A stretch of 64,000 nucleotides of DNA from an uncultured Candidatus Saccharibacteria bacterium (GCA_964543265.1 CAZIWN010000001.1:38470-102469); one strand, 5' to 3'. Positions 27,086-36,976 are shown, numbered from the stretch's first letter. Made by a program: numbers and translations. Notes: generated from the sequence alone by a model not told the origin.

Positions 27086-28864
27086 ATGGCAGAAGAACCA
27101 AGAAATAATAAAGATTTCATCTATTTAGGAAAAACAAACTTCCGAAACGCCGAGCGCCTTTTCGGCATAAAAAGAAAAGATAGGCGACAGCACACATATA
27201 TCATCGGTAAATCTGGCGGTGGTAAAAGCGCCTTGATTCACAATATGATCGTTCAAGACATTATGAATGGAGACGGATTAGCTATTGTTGATCCTCACGG
27301 AGAGCTTGTTGAATCAATCTTGGATAAAATTCCAGAAAGTAGAGTTAATGATGTTGTTTATTTAAATCCAGCCGATCCCGATTTTCATATTGGCTTTAAT
27401 GTTTTAGAGGTTCCAGATCCAAACTATAGGCATTTAATCGCCTCTGGCTTAATGTCTATTTTCACTAAAATCTGGGCAGGAGTTTGGTCCGCTAGAATGG
27501 AATACATTTTAAACAATGCCGTCTTAGCTCTTCTAGAAAATCCAGGCTCGACACTTTTAGGTTTAACTAGAATTTTGGTTGATAGAGGCTATAGGCAAAA
27601 ACTTGTGGCTAATATTAAAGATCCAGTAGTTAAAGCTTTTTGGGTTAATGAGTATGAACAATGGGAGCCAAAATTTAGAAACGAAGCCATAGCTCCAATT
27701 CAAAACAAGGTTGGTCAGTTTCTTTCCAGTAGCATCATTAGGAATATTGTTGGCCAAGCCAAAAGCACCATCAATTTTTTTGACATAATGAACGAGAAAA
27801 AAATTCTTCTCGTTAACGTTTCAAAAGGAAGAGTTGGAGAGGATAATTCTGCCCTACTTGGCGCAATGTTTATCACTAAAATCCAACTTGCCTCAATGGA
27901 GCGCGTCCGCATTGAAGAATCAGAAAGACAAGATTTCTATTTATATGTAGACGAATTTCAAAATTTTGCCACAGATTCTTTTGCCAGCATTCTTTCGGAA
28001 TCTAGAAAATATCGTCTAGATTTAATTATTGCTCATCAATACGTGGGGCAATTAGTCACATCTTCTTCGACCAAGGTTCGCGATGCAGTTTTTGGAAACG
28101 TGGGAACTATGATTGTCTTTAGGATCGGCGCAGCCGATGCCGAATTTTTACTGAACGAATTTTCTCCAGAAATAACTGAAGAAGATATGGTCAGTCTTCC
28201 AAATTACAACATCTATATCAAACTTTTAGTAGACGGAGTTTCAACTAGGCCATTTTCAGCTGTCACTTTGCCTCCATTTAATATTCCAGCAGTCTGCGCC
28301 CCAAGAGAGGCCGTTATAGAAAGCTCTAGGCGCCTTTATGCTAAATCTAGGGAATCTATAGAAAGAGAAATAGGTCGCTGGAGTGGAATGTCTGGTCCAG
28401 ATGTTGAAGATGATAAAGATTCAAAAGATAATCATAAAAATTCAGATCCAAAAACCGCTTCAGCTCCAAAAAGCGGAGAAGGTAAGTACGAGGCCAAGTG
28501 CGCCTCTTGTGGCAAGAACACTAAAGTTCATTTTAAGCCAACAGACGACAAGCCTGCCTATTGCGACGATTGTTTTAAGAAGATTAAAGCCAACAAATCA
28601 GAAGTAACTAAAAGCTATGAGTCCACTTTAGACACTTCCGATTTGGCCTCTATGGGAATTGAATTTGAGGTTAAAAAAGGTAATCCTAAACCAAAGGAGC
28701 CTGATAATAAAAAGATTAAACCAGCAGAAGAGATTCATTTAAAAGATCTTCCAGAAAGTAATTTCGTAAAGCATGAACACAAAAAAACAGACAAACAAAA
28801 AGCCGATATGGAAGAGTTAAAAAACGCTCTTCGAGACGCTTTAAATAAAAACGGTAAAGAATAA
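27086..28864 (+). CDS. TraD/VirD4/TrwB-like FtsK-HerA superfamily ATPase (paralog 2) with a C-terminal CxxC...CxxC zinc ribbon and a K/E-rich tail
   Basis: 592 aa, ~50% identical to paralog 1 over the ATPase core (IIGKSGGGKS, VDPHGE, LYVDEFQ, AHQYVGQL). Extra C-terminal CASCGKNTKVHFKPTDDKPAYCDDC and a low-complexity basic/acidic tail. Confidence 0.75.
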   Translation: MAEEPRNNKDFIYLGKTNFRNAERLFGIKRKDRRQHTYIIGKSGGGKSALIHNMIVQDIMNGDGLAIVDPHGELVESILDKIPESRVNDVVYLNPADPDFHIGFNVLEVPDPNYRHLIASGLMSIFTKIWAGVWSARMEYILNNAVLALLENPGSTLLGLTRILVDRGYRQKLVANIKDPVVKAFWVNEYEQWEPKFRNEAIAPIQNKVGQFLSSSIIRNIVGQAKSTINFFDIMNEKKILLVNVSKGRVGEDNSALLGAMFITKIQLASMERVRIEESERQDFYLYVDEFQNFATDSFASILSESRKYRLDLIIAHQYVGQLVTSSSTKVRDAVFGNVGTMIVFRIGAADAEFLLNEFSPEITEEDMVSLPNYNIYIKLLVDGVSTRPFSAVTLPPFNIPAVCAPREAVIESSRRLYAKSRESIEREIGRWSGMSGPDVEDDKDSKDNHKNSDPKTASAPKSGEGKYEAKCASCGKNTKVHFKPTDDKPAYCDDCFKKIKANKSEVTKSYESTLDTSDLASMGIEFEVKKGNPKPKEPDNKKIKPAEEIHLKDLPESNFVKHEHKKTDKQKADMEELKNALRDALNKNGKE

Positions 28865-28866
28865 AA

Positions 28867-28898
28867 CTAAAAACCTCGCATTAATGCGAGGTTTTTAG
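28867..28898. terminator. Bidirectional terminator between the ATPase operon (+) and efp (-)
   Basis: aaaaacctcgca-ttaa-tgcgaggttttt. Perfect palindrome with A/T tracts on both sides. Confidence 0.8.
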
Positions 28899-28906
28899 TT
28901 AAAAGC

Positions 28907-29482
28907 TTATTCTTTTCCTTTTTCTACTCTTTCGTAGTATTCGCCAGTCTGCGTATTAACTTTCACAATATCTCCTTCATTTACGAATAGTGGGGCATTA
29001 ACCACGGCTCCGGTTTCTAAAACAATTTGCTTTGTTCCGCCGGTTGCTGTATCTCCCTTATATCCAGGAGGAGCTTCTTTTACTTTTAAGTCCATTTTTA
29101 CAGGAACATCTATTCCTATAATCCTTTCTCCAAACTTAATAGCGTTAACTTCTGTATTAGCTTTTAAAAATTTTCCAGGATTTCCAACCAATTCTTCTTT
29201 TAAAGAAAATCTCTTAGAAGGATCTTTTATTTCACAGAACCAAAATTCTCCTTTTGTATTATATAAATACTTAATAGGTCTCTTTTCGATTTCAGCTTCA
29301 TCAAAACTTTCACTGGAGTGGAATGATTGTTCCGTGATTTTTCCAGTTATCAAATTTCTAAGCTTTGTTTTAGATACTGGTTTTCTCTGTTGCATTCTCA
29401 AAAACTCGTAATCTAATACTTCGTATGGCTCTCCATTCATTACGAAAACAATACCTTTTTTTAATTCGTTATAAGCTAACAT
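28907..29482 (-). CDS. efp: Elongation factor P
   Basis: 191 aa. MLAYNELKKGIVFVMNGEPYEVLDYEFL... and the KOW/OB arrangement typical of EF-P. Confidence 0.9.
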   Translation of the reverse strand: MLAYNELKKGIVFVMNGEPYEVLDYEFLRMQQRKPVSKTKLRNLITGKITEQSFHSSESFDEAEIEKRPIKYLYNTKGEFWFCEIKDPSKRFSLKEELVGNPGKFLKANTEVNAIKFGERIIGIDVPVKMDLKVKEAPPGYKGDTATGGTKQIVLETGAVVNAPLFVNEGDIVKVNTQTGEYYERVEKGKE

Positions 29483-29536
29483 GTTATTAATGTTTGAATT
29501 TAATAGTTTATAGATTATAATCCCAAATACATAGAA

Positions 29537-30589
29537 ATGTCAAAGGCGAGGCAAAATAACAAAAAAACCGTTTTTATTGGTATGTCGGGGGGTGTAGACT
29601 CTTCTGTTTCCGCTGCAATTTTAAAGACTCAAGGATATCAAGTTATTGGAGTTTATATGAAGTGTTGGAATGTCGATGGTTGTGAAGAGCGCGACGCAGA
29701 AGATGCCAGACGCGCCGCAGAATCTCTCGATATTCCTTTTTATGTCTTTGATTTTAAAGAAGAATATAAAAAAAGGGTTGTTGAATATATGGTTGAGGGC
29801 TATAAATCTGGAATCACGCCAAACCCAGACGTTGAATGCAATCGCGAAATTAAATTCGGTCTTTTTTACGATAAAGCCATTTCTCTAGGCGCAGATTTTA
29901 TTGCCACTGGGCATTATGTTGAAAATAAAAACGGAAAACTTTTCGCAGCCAAAGACAAAAATAAAGATCAGTCTTATTTTTTATGGACACTAAAACCAGA
30001 ACAAATAAAAAAATGTATTTTCCCATTAGGAAAAATTAACAAGCCAGAAGTCAGGGTTTTGGCTAAGAAATTTAATCTTCACAACGCCGAAAAGAAAGAT
30101 TCTCAAGGAATTTGTTTTTTAGGTATGGTTTCAATTGAAGATTTTTTAAAGCAATATATTCCAGAAAAAGCAGGAGATATTTTAAACGAAAACGGAGAAA
30201 AAATCGGCACACATAAGGGCGCCTATTATTACACCATCGGTCAGCGTCACGGATTGGGCGTGGGCGGATCCAAAAATCCATTATTCGTTAAGGAAAAAGA
30301 TATTAAAAAAAATATTATAGTTTTAGCCGAGGGGGAAGATAATCCAAGTCTTTTAACTTCAAAGATAATTATTTCCGGAATCAATTTAATAAATAAAAGT
30401 CTAAAATTTCCATTAAATTGTTTTGGGCGCGTTCGTTATCGTCAGCCATTATTTTCGTGTAAAATTAATAAAGTAGGTGATAATCTAGAAGTTGTTTTTA
30501 ACAAACCGCAAAAATTCGTGGCTTCCGGTCAATCTTTTGTTTTTTATTCAAAGTCTGGCGAGATGCTTGGTGGAGGTATAATAAATTAA
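29537..30589 (+). CDS. mnmA: tRNA-specific 2-thiouridylase MnmA
   Basis: 350 aa. PP-loop VFIGMSGGVDSSVSAAIL, and catalytic Cys-containing regions (CFLG). Confidence 0.88.
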   Translation: MSKARQNNKKTVFIGMSGGVDSSVSAAILKTQGYQVIGVYMKCWNVDGCEERDAEDARRAAESLDIPFYVFDFKEEYKKRVVEYMVEGYKSGITPNPDVECNREIKFGLFYDKAISLGADFIATGHYVENKNGKLFAAKDKNKDQSYFLWTLKPEQIKKCIFPLGKINKPEVRVLAKKFNLHNAEKKDSQGICFLGMVSIEDFLKQYIPEKAGDILNENGEKIGTHKGAYYYTIGQRHGLGVGGSKNPLFVKEKDIKKNIIVLAEGEDNPSLLTSKIIISGINLINKSLKFPLNCFGRVRYRQPLFSCKINKVGDNLEVVFNKPQKFVASGQSFVFYSKSGEMLGGGIIN

Positions 30590-31932
30590 TGGAAATCAAA
30601 GGAAAATCAACTCTAATACTTGGTTTTGGAAAAGAGGGTAAGAGCGTCTTTAGTTTTTTACAAAAAAACTACCCAAAGATTAAAATCGGTATAGCTGATA
30701 AAAAAAAGATAAAAAACTTAAAAGCATCCGAGATTTTTCACGGCGATAATTACCTTTCTTCGATTAATTCTGGAAAATACGACACAATCATCCGTTCTCC
30801 GGGAATAAAATACAGTAAAGAATTATTAGAGTTTAAAAATAATAGTGGTAATATCACAACCCTTATTAATATATTTTTCAGTCTAGCTAAGGGAAAAATT
30901 GTAGGCATCACCGGCACAAAAGGCAAAAGCACCACCACATCTCTTATATATAAGATTTTAAAAACCAGATACAAAGATCTTCGCTTAGTCGGCAATATCG
31001 GCCGTCCAGCTTTGGATTATCTTGAAAATCAAACCAAGGATACAGTTTTCGTCTGCGAGCTTTCCAGTCAGCAGCTAGAAGATATTAAATACAGTCCCCA
31101 CGTGGCAGTTTTTTTAAATGTCGTAGCAGATCACATTAATTATCATGGAAGTTTTGAATCTTATTTGGATTCAAAAAAGAATATTTTCAAACTACAAAAA
31201 CCTGGAGATTTCTTCATTACCAACCCAGGATATAGAACAATTTCTCCAAAAGAAATTCCAAGCGGCGTAAAAATCATAAATTTTGGACTCAAGCAATCGG
31301 GTAATCAGGTTTATTTTGAAAATAGCGGAATCTATTCAGATGGCGAGAAGATTATTGATCAAAAAGATATTCCTCTTATTGGAAGGGGTAACATTGAAAA
31401 TGTGATGGCTTCCATTTCTGCCGGCTTAGCTTTAGGTTGCGATATAAAAAATATCGAAAAATCTATTAAAAAATTTAAATCCCTTCCTCACAGAATAGAA
31501 TTCATTGGAGAAGTTAAGGGTGTTAAATACTATAATGATTCAATTTCAACCGTTCCAGAGGCCGCTATTCATGCCCTAGAGGGATTAAAAGAAAAAGGCG
31601 AGCGCGTAGAAGTTTTAATCGCCGGTGGTTTTGATAAGGGTGGGGACTATGAGTTATTTGGAAAATTTCTAGGAAATTTTAAAGATTTGCGCCATGTAAG
31701 TCTTTTCCCAGAAACCGGAAGCAAGATTCTAGAGTTTTATAAAAAGTATAGCCAAGATGGAAAAATAATCTTTCATAATATTTCCAATATGAAAGACGCC
31801 GTGAGTATTTGTAAAAAATATTCCTCCAAAGGATCGGTTTGTCTTCTTTCTCCAGGAAGTGCTAGTTTCGGAATATTTAAAGATTACAAAGATCGCGGAA
31901 ATCAATTTAAAAAATTAGCAAAAGAGCTTTAA
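30589..31932 (+). CDS. murD: UDP-N-acetylmuramoylalanine--D-glutamate ligase MurD
   Basis: 447 aa. N-terminal Rossmann LILGFGKEGKSV, Mur ligase P-loop GITGTKGKSTTTSLI, and C-terminal domain. Confidence 0.85.
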   Translation: MEIKGKSTLILGFGKEGKSVFSFLQKNYPKIKIGIADKKKIKNLKASEIFHGDNYLSSINSGKYDTIIRSPGIKYSKELLEFKNNSGNITTLINIFFSLAKGKIVGITGTKGKSTTTSLIYKILKTRYKDLRLVGNIGRPALDYLENQTKDTVFVCELSSQQLEDIKYSPHVAVFLNVVADHINYHGSFESYLDSKKNIFKLQKPGDFFITNPGYRTISPKEIPSGVKIINFGLKQSGNQVYFENSGIYSDGEKIIDQKDIPLIGRGNIENVMASISAGLALGCDIKNIEKSIKKFKSLPHRIEFIGEVKGVKYYNDSISTVPEAAIHALEGLKEKGERVEVLIAGGFDKGGDYELFGKFLGNFKDLRHVSLFPETGSKILEFYKKYSQDGKIIFHNISNMKDAVSICKKYSSKGSVCLLSPGSASFGIFKDYKDRGNQFKKLAKEL

Positions 31933-31944
31933 TTTAGTTTCGGA

Positions 31945-32430
31945 ATGAAAAACCTAGAGGATTACTACAAAAATCGCCCCCAAAAAATGATGGGCTCATG
32001 TTGCATCTTCTTTAATGAAAAAAACGAGGTGCTTTTGGTTAAGCCTACTTATAAAGATTATTGGGCTTTGCCAGGGGGCGGAGTTGAGTTAAATGAATCC
32101 CCGATGTCTGCCTGTATTAGAGAGGTTAAGGAAGAGGTGGGTCTTAATATTAAAAATATAGATTTTATTTGCGTAGACTATAATCCCAATAACGGAAAAT
32201 ATAATAGTGATTCTTTAGAATTTTTATTCTTCGGCGGTATTTTGGATAAAAATCAAATTAAGAAAATAAAATTAGCCAAAGGAGAAATAGAAAATTTCAA
32301 ATTTGCTCCACAAGAAGAAGCTTTTTTAATAATAGGCGGAAGACTCAAAAACAGATTGCCGGTAGCCCTGAAACTTATCAAAAACAATACCCCATCATAT
32401 CTCGAAAACGCCAACCTTTTACAAGCTTGA
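31945..32430 (+). CDS. NUDIX hydrolase
   Basis: 161 aa. Nudix box [27 protein letters not shown] stop. Confidence 0.85.
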   Translation: MKNLEDYYKNRPQKMMGSCCIFFNEKNEVLLVKPTYKDYWALPGGGVELNESPMSACIREVKEEVGLNIKNIDFICVDYNPNNGKYNSDSLEFLFFGGILDKNQIKKIKLAKGEIENFKFAPQEEAFLIIGGRLKNRLPVALKLIKNNTPSYLENANLLQA

Positions 32431-32518
32431 TTTTTGAGCTATTTTGCCGGAAAATGGGTAATTGTCTGCTCCCAATTCGGGAAAAAGACAAGGAATTCAA
32501 CAAAGTAAGGAGGCTTAA

Positions 32519-32668
32519 GTGCGCGTCATCTACGATGCAGTTCTGGGGCTACTGGCTTTTGCCCGTGGCTCCTGGAACAAGTTGTTCGAGGAAGATGCCA
32601 TCACGAGGGTGAGGAGAAGGATCGAGCGAGCTCGAGATGAGGGCAGGATTCCAAGACGAGCAGCATGA
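32519..32668 (+). CDS. Arg-rich micro-protein (49 aa) in GC-rich islet 3
   Basis: GTG start 5 nt after AAGGAGG. Translates VRVIYDAVLGLLAFARGSWNKLFEEDAITRVRRRIERARDEGRIPRRAA. GC >55%. Strong terminator immediately downstream. Not in the ORF track because it is shorter than 60 aa. Confidence 0.4.
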   Translation: MRVIYDAVLGLLAFARGSWNKLFEEDAITRVRRRIERARDEGRIPRRAA

Positions 32669-32675
32669 ATTTCAA

Positions 32676-32725
32676 CAGGGCCTTTTATCGGAACGCAGTT
32701 TCCGGTCGAAAGGCCCTTTTTTTAT
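32676..32725 (+). terminator. Rho-independent terminator of the islet-3 micro-gene
   Basis: agggccttt...aaaggccct stem with an extended inner helix, followed by T7. Confidence 0.7.
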
Positions 32726-32751
32726 TCCAATTTAAGTTTTAAGATTATTCT

Positions 32752-33321
32752 ATGCTTATCGTAGTTACTGGAAACGGAAAGGGTAAAACAACTTCCGCCC
32801 TAGGCCAATCTTTAAGAATGATTGGGCGCGGAAAAAAAGTTTTATTTATTCAGTTTATTAAAGGACCTTGGAAATCTGGTGAAGATGAATTTGTGGCAAA
32901 ACTTCAAAATCAAAAAGCTAAATTAAGCTCAGAACAGTCTTTGGGTTTAGAAAATCTCTATAATTTTGAAATTCGAAAAATGGGCAAGGGTTTTGTGGGG
33001 ATCTTAGACGACAATCTTCCGTTTGAGGAGCATAAAAAATCAGCTCAAATTGCTTTAAAAGAGTTCGAAACAGAACTTGCTTCAAATAAATGGGACATGA
33101 TTGTTTTAGACGAAATAAATGTGGCCACATCTTTAAATCTTTTAACTCCACAAGAAGTTTTAAGATCTCTTAAAAATGTCCCGCTAGAAAAATTTGTAAT
33201 GCTTACGGGCCGCAGCGCTCCTCAAGAGTTTATAGACGCCGCAGATTTAGTTTCTGAAGTAAAAGAAATTAAACATCCTTTCAATGATGGAAAACTTGCA
33301 AAAATCGCTCTCGAATTTTAG
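32752..33321 (+). CDS. CobA/CobO/BtuR-family P-loop protein (ATP:corrinoid adenosyltransferase-like)
   Basis: 189 aa. MLIVVTGNGKGKTTSALGQSLRMIG... matches the GNGKGKTT P-loop of cob(I)yrinic acid a,c-diamide adenosyltransferases. Confidence 0.7.
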   Translation: MLIVVTGNGKGKTTSALGQSLRMIGRGKKVLFIQFIKGPWKSGEDEFVAKLQNQKAKLSSEQSLGLENLYNFEIRKMGKGFVGILDDNLPFEEHKKSAQIALKEFETELASNKWDMIVLDEINVATSLNLLTPQEVLRSLKNVPLEKFVMLTGRSAPQEFIDAADLVSEVKEIKHPFNDGKLAKIALEF

Positions 33322-34753
33322 TTCGGAAAAATTGAATCCATACGACTTCTTCTTCTATTTCATACTATTTTTCTTTCTTGGTATTTTATTATTTGAGTCT
33401 CCTGTCTCCATTCTTTTATTGATACTAATTTTAATTTTCGGCACTATAATTTTCTTTTTCGGCTTTAAAAAACCGATATTTTTAATCTTTCCACTATTTA
33501 GTATTTTGGGATTTTTATACGCCATCGGTTATGATCTCGCTTCAAAAAAAGAAAATAATTTAATCTTCGATCAAAAAATTTCAGCCATCGGTATTGTTGA
33601 AGATTCCAAAATCCAAGTAGAAGATCAAAAGCTAATTTTAAATATCAAAACTCCCTTCACGGGTAAGATAGAGATAAAAACGCAGAAATATCCGGCATTT
33701 GAATATGGAGATATCGTTTCATTTCAGGGAACCATAAAAAAACCAGAAGGGGGATACGCAAAATACTTAGAGAAAGAAAATGTTTACGGCACCTCTAATT
33801 TTGCTAACATTTCTCTCTTGAAAAAGAATAAATCCTTTTCATTTAAATCAATACTCTTCAAATCAAGAAGATTTTTCGAAAAATCTATCGACGATAATGT
33901 TTCTGGCATCTATGCTCCGCTTATAAAAGGAGTAGTTTTGGGCGACACTTCATCTTTTCCCCAAGAATTAAAGCAAGAAATGCGCTTAACTGGCACCACT
34001 CACGTTGTGGCGCTTTCCGGATATAACGTTCAAGTCATAGAATCTTTTGTGATTCTTTTATTTTCCTATTTTTTAAAAAGAAAAAAAGCATTTTTCATTT
34101 CCGCCCCGATAATAATCTGTTTTGTTTTTATGGTTGGCGCTCCGGCCTCCCTCGTTCGCGCCGCAATCATGAGCGGGATCTTAGCGGTGGCAGAATTTTC
34201 CAAGCGCACTTATGGAGTTAGAAATTCTCTTTTCGCCTGCGCCCTGATTATGATTTTAATTAATCCGAAAATTCTAGTTTGGGACATTGGTTTCCAGCTT
34301 TCTTTCTTTTCAGTCTTGGGCCTAGCTTATGTTAGTCCATTTTTAACCAAATTGTTGAAAATTGAGAATGCCGGTTTCCTAAACTGGAAAAGTAATTTAA
34401 TTAGCTCCATATCTGCCTTAATAGCAGTATTAGGAATCACGATTTATAACTTCTCTTTCTTTTCGCCGATCTCATTGCTGGTTAATATCTTAATTCTTCC
34501 CGTAATTCCATTTTTAATGTTTTTTGGTTTCACTATAGTTTTCTCTAATATATTTTTAAGTTTCTTTGCCTCACTATTTGGAATTTTAGCCAACGCCTTT
34601 TCGGCATATTTTTTATGGATTTTAAATATCTTCAGCCATTTAGGAAAATTTGGTTTTAATTTCGGAGCTTTCTCGCCATATTTTACAATTATCTATTACC
34701 TAATTTTGTCATTCATGTTTTATAGATACATATTAAAACCAAAACGCATTTAA
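33284..34753 (+). CDS. comEC: ComEC/Rec2 competence membrane channel (DUF4131 OB-fold plus Competence domain), lacking the metallo-beta-lactamase domain
   Basis: 489 aa polytopic. Competence-domain motif LTGTTHVVALSGYNVQVI. Ends with TAA one nucleotide before the next ATG. Confidence 0.8.
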   Translation: MMENLQKSLSNFSSEKLNPYDFFFYFILFFFLGILLFESPVSILLLILILIFGTIIFFFGFKKPIFLIFPLFSILGFLYAIGYDLASKKENNLIFDQKISAIGIVEDSKIQVEDQKLILNIKTPFTGKIEIKTQKYPAFEYGDIVSFQGTIKKPEGGYAKYLEKENVYGTSNFANISLLKKNKSFSFKSILFKSRRFFEKSIDDNVSGIYAPLIKGVVLGDTSSFPQELKQEMRLTGTTHVVALSGYNVQVIESFVILLFSYFLKRKKAFFISAPIIICFVFMVGAPASLVRAAIMSGILAVAEFSKRTYGVRNSLFACALIMILINPKILVWDIGFQLSFFSVLGLAYVSPFLTKLLKIENAGFLNWKSNLISSISALIAVLGITIYNFSFFSPISLLVNILILPVIPFLMFFGFTIVFSNIFLSFFASLFGILANAFSAYFLWILNIFSHLGKFGFNFGAFSPYFTIIYYLILSFMFYRYILKPKRI

Positions 34754-34754
34754 T

Positions 34755-35618
34755 ATGGAAAATTTTCACAGAAAATTATATTTCCCAATTTTTTGTCTAG
34801 TTATTTTAAATATCTTTATTTGGAATCTTATTTTTTCAGTTAAAACTGGAATAAAATTATATTTTCTAAATGTCGGGCAAGGGGATTCAGAGTTAATAGA
34901 GTTTTCTAGCGGGAGATTCTCCAATCCCGTTCATATTCTAATCGACGCAGGCGTAGCCAATGGCGAATCGCTTAAGAATTTAGATAAAATAATCTCTCCT
35001 TTTTCTAAAAAAATAGATTTAGCCATAGCAACGCACGCCCAACTAGATCATTTCGGGGGATTTATGGATATATTTCAAAAATATAAAGTTGGATATTTTA
35101 TTTCAAACGGCAAGCCAAATACCACCAGATCATATGAATCTTTAATGAATATTATTGATGCTCAAAAAATAAACACAATAAAGCTCGTAGAGGGGGATTC
35201 AATTTCCTATGGAGACTACAAATTAAAAGTATTATCTCCCGACGCGCCATCGTTGGCCTCGAAAGAATTAAACGACGGTTGCTTGGTCACAAAACTAGAA
35301 TCAAAAGATTTAACCGCCCTTTTCACCTGCGACATTGGCTTTAATATAGAAGATATTTTAGTAAAAAAATATAATCTCGCTTCAGACGTCTTAAAAGTTC
35401 CCCATCACGGCTCCAGATTTTCCTCCAGTGCCAGTTTCCTCTCCGCAGTTTCTCCAAAAGTTTCAATTATAGAAGTTGGCAAAAACACCTACGGCCACCC
35501 CACGCCCGATGCCCTAAAGCGCCTATCCAGCTCCGCCAGTTTAATTTTCACCACAAAAGACAATGGGACAATCCTAGTTGAACCAATAAATAATTTATTA
35601 AAAGTTTATAAAATGTAA
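34755..35618 (+). CDS. Membrane-anchored MBL-fold metallo-hydrolase corresponding to the ComEC C-terminal beta-lactamase domain
   Basis: 287 aa. N-terminal TM helix, HxHxDH motif ATHAQLDHFGG, and LKVPHHGSRFSS as in ComEC nuclease domains. Confidence 0.8.
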   Translation: MENFHRKLYFPIFCLVILNIFIWNLIFSVKTGIKLYFLNVGQGDSELIEFSSGRFSNPVHILIDAGVANGESLKNLDKIISPFSKKIDLAIATHAQLDHFGGFMDIFQKYKVGYFISNGKPNTTRSYESLMNIIDAQKINTIKLVEGDSISYGDYKLKVLSPDAPSLASKELNDGCLVTKLESKDLTALFTCDIGFNIEDILVKKYNLASDVLKVPHHGSRFSSSASFLSAVSPKVSIIEVGKNTYGHPTPDALKRLSSSASLIFTTKDNGTILVEPINNLLKVYKM

Positions 35619-35657
35619 AATAAGGAGTTGGGTTTATCTTATTCCACCAATACCATT

Positions 35658-35690
35658 TGACATTCGGTAGCCCTTTATTATAAACTCTAT
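35658..35690 (+). promoter_or_regulatory. Sigma70-like promoter upstream of tuf
   Basis: ttgaca, 16 nt, tataaa. Confidence 0.45.
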
Positions 35691-35773
35691 CTACACTATT
35701 TTTTATAAAAAAATATTAAGAAATATACAAATTAAGCAACGTCGAATTCAAAAATTTTTATTAATTTAAAAAA

Positions 35774-36976
35774 ATGGCAGAAAAAGAGAAGTTCCAAAGA
35801 AGTAAGCCGCACGTTAACGTCGGCACAATCGGTCACGTCGACCACGGTAAAACCACTTTAAGCGCAGCCTTAAGCCACGTCCAATCTTTAACCGGACAAG
35901 CTAAGGAAAAGAGCTATGCTGATATCGCTAAAGGAGGAGTAGTTCGCGATGATTCCAAAATCGTAACCATCGCAGTCTCTCACTTAGAATATGAGAGCGA
36001 AAAGAGGCACTATGCCCACATCGACTGCCCAGGGCACGCCGATTACATTAAAAACATGATCACAGGAGCCGCTCAAATGGACGGAGCAATTTTGGTTGTT
36101 TCCGCTGTTGACGGTCCAATGCCTCAAACCAGAGAGCACATCTTGCTTGCTAGACAAGTAGGTGTTCCTCAAATCGTAGTTTTCTTGAACAAGGTAGATT
36201 TAGTCGACGATAAAGAAATCTTAGACTTAGTCGAAGACGAAATCAGGGAATTATTGAAGAAATATGAATATCCAGGAGATAAGACTCCTATTATAAGAGG
36301 TTCAGCTTCCTTAGCTTTAGCCGCTAAAGCAGCTACCGATCCAAACACCGAATGCATTAAGCAGTTAGTTAAGGCTTTGGATGAATTCATCCCAGAACCA
36401 GTCAGAGACACAGCCAAACCATTCCTTATGCCAGTAGAAGACATCTTCTCTATTGAAGGAAGAGGAACTGTAGTCACAGGAAGAATCGAAAGAGGAATCG
36501 TTAAGACTGGAGAAGAAGTTGAAATCGTTGGATTAAAACCAACAGCTAAGAGCGTTATTACCGGAGTTGAAATGTTCCAAAAGACATTAGATGAAGGACG
36601 CGCTGGAGACAACGTTGGTCTCTTAATGAGAGGATTAAAGAAAGAGGATGTTGAGCGTGGTCAGGTTATCTCTAAGCCTGGATCAATCACTCCTCATACT
36701 GAATTCGACGCAGAAGTATATATCTTAAGCAAAGAAGAAGGAGGAAGACACACCCCATTCTTTAAGGGCTATAAACCACAGTTCTATATCAGAACAACCG
36801 ACGTAACCGGAGAAGTAGTTTTGGCTGCCGGAGTTGAAATGGTAATGCCAGGAGACAGAACAACTTTCCACGTTAAGCTTATTGCCCCAGTAGCTATGGA
36901 AGAAAAGATGAAATTCGCTATCAGAGAAGGAGGAAGAACTGTCGGAGCAGGAGTTGTTACAAAAATAACAGCCTAA
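35774..36976 (+). CDS. tuf: Elongation factor Tu
   Basis: 400 aa. [41 protein letters not shown]. Confidence 0.97.
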   Translation: MAEKEKFQRSKPHVNVGTIGHVDHGKTTLSAALSHVQSLTGQAKEKSYADIAKGGVVRDDSKIVTIAVSHLEYESEKRHYAHIDCPGHADYIKNMITGAAQMDGAILVVSAVDGPMPQTREHILLARQVGVPQIVVFLNKVDLVDDKEILDLVEDEIRELLKKYEYPGDKTPIIRGSASLALAAKAATDPNTECIKQLVKALDEFIPEPVRDTAKPFLMPVEDIFSIEGRGTVVTGRIERGIVKTGEEVEIVGLKPTAKSVITGVEMFQKTLDEGRAGDNVGLLMRGLKKEDVERGQVISKPGSITPHTEFDAEVYILSKEEGGRHTPFFKGYKPQFYIRTTDVTGEVVLAAGVEMVMPGDRTTFHVKLIAPVAMEEKMKFAIREGGRTVGAGVVTKITA

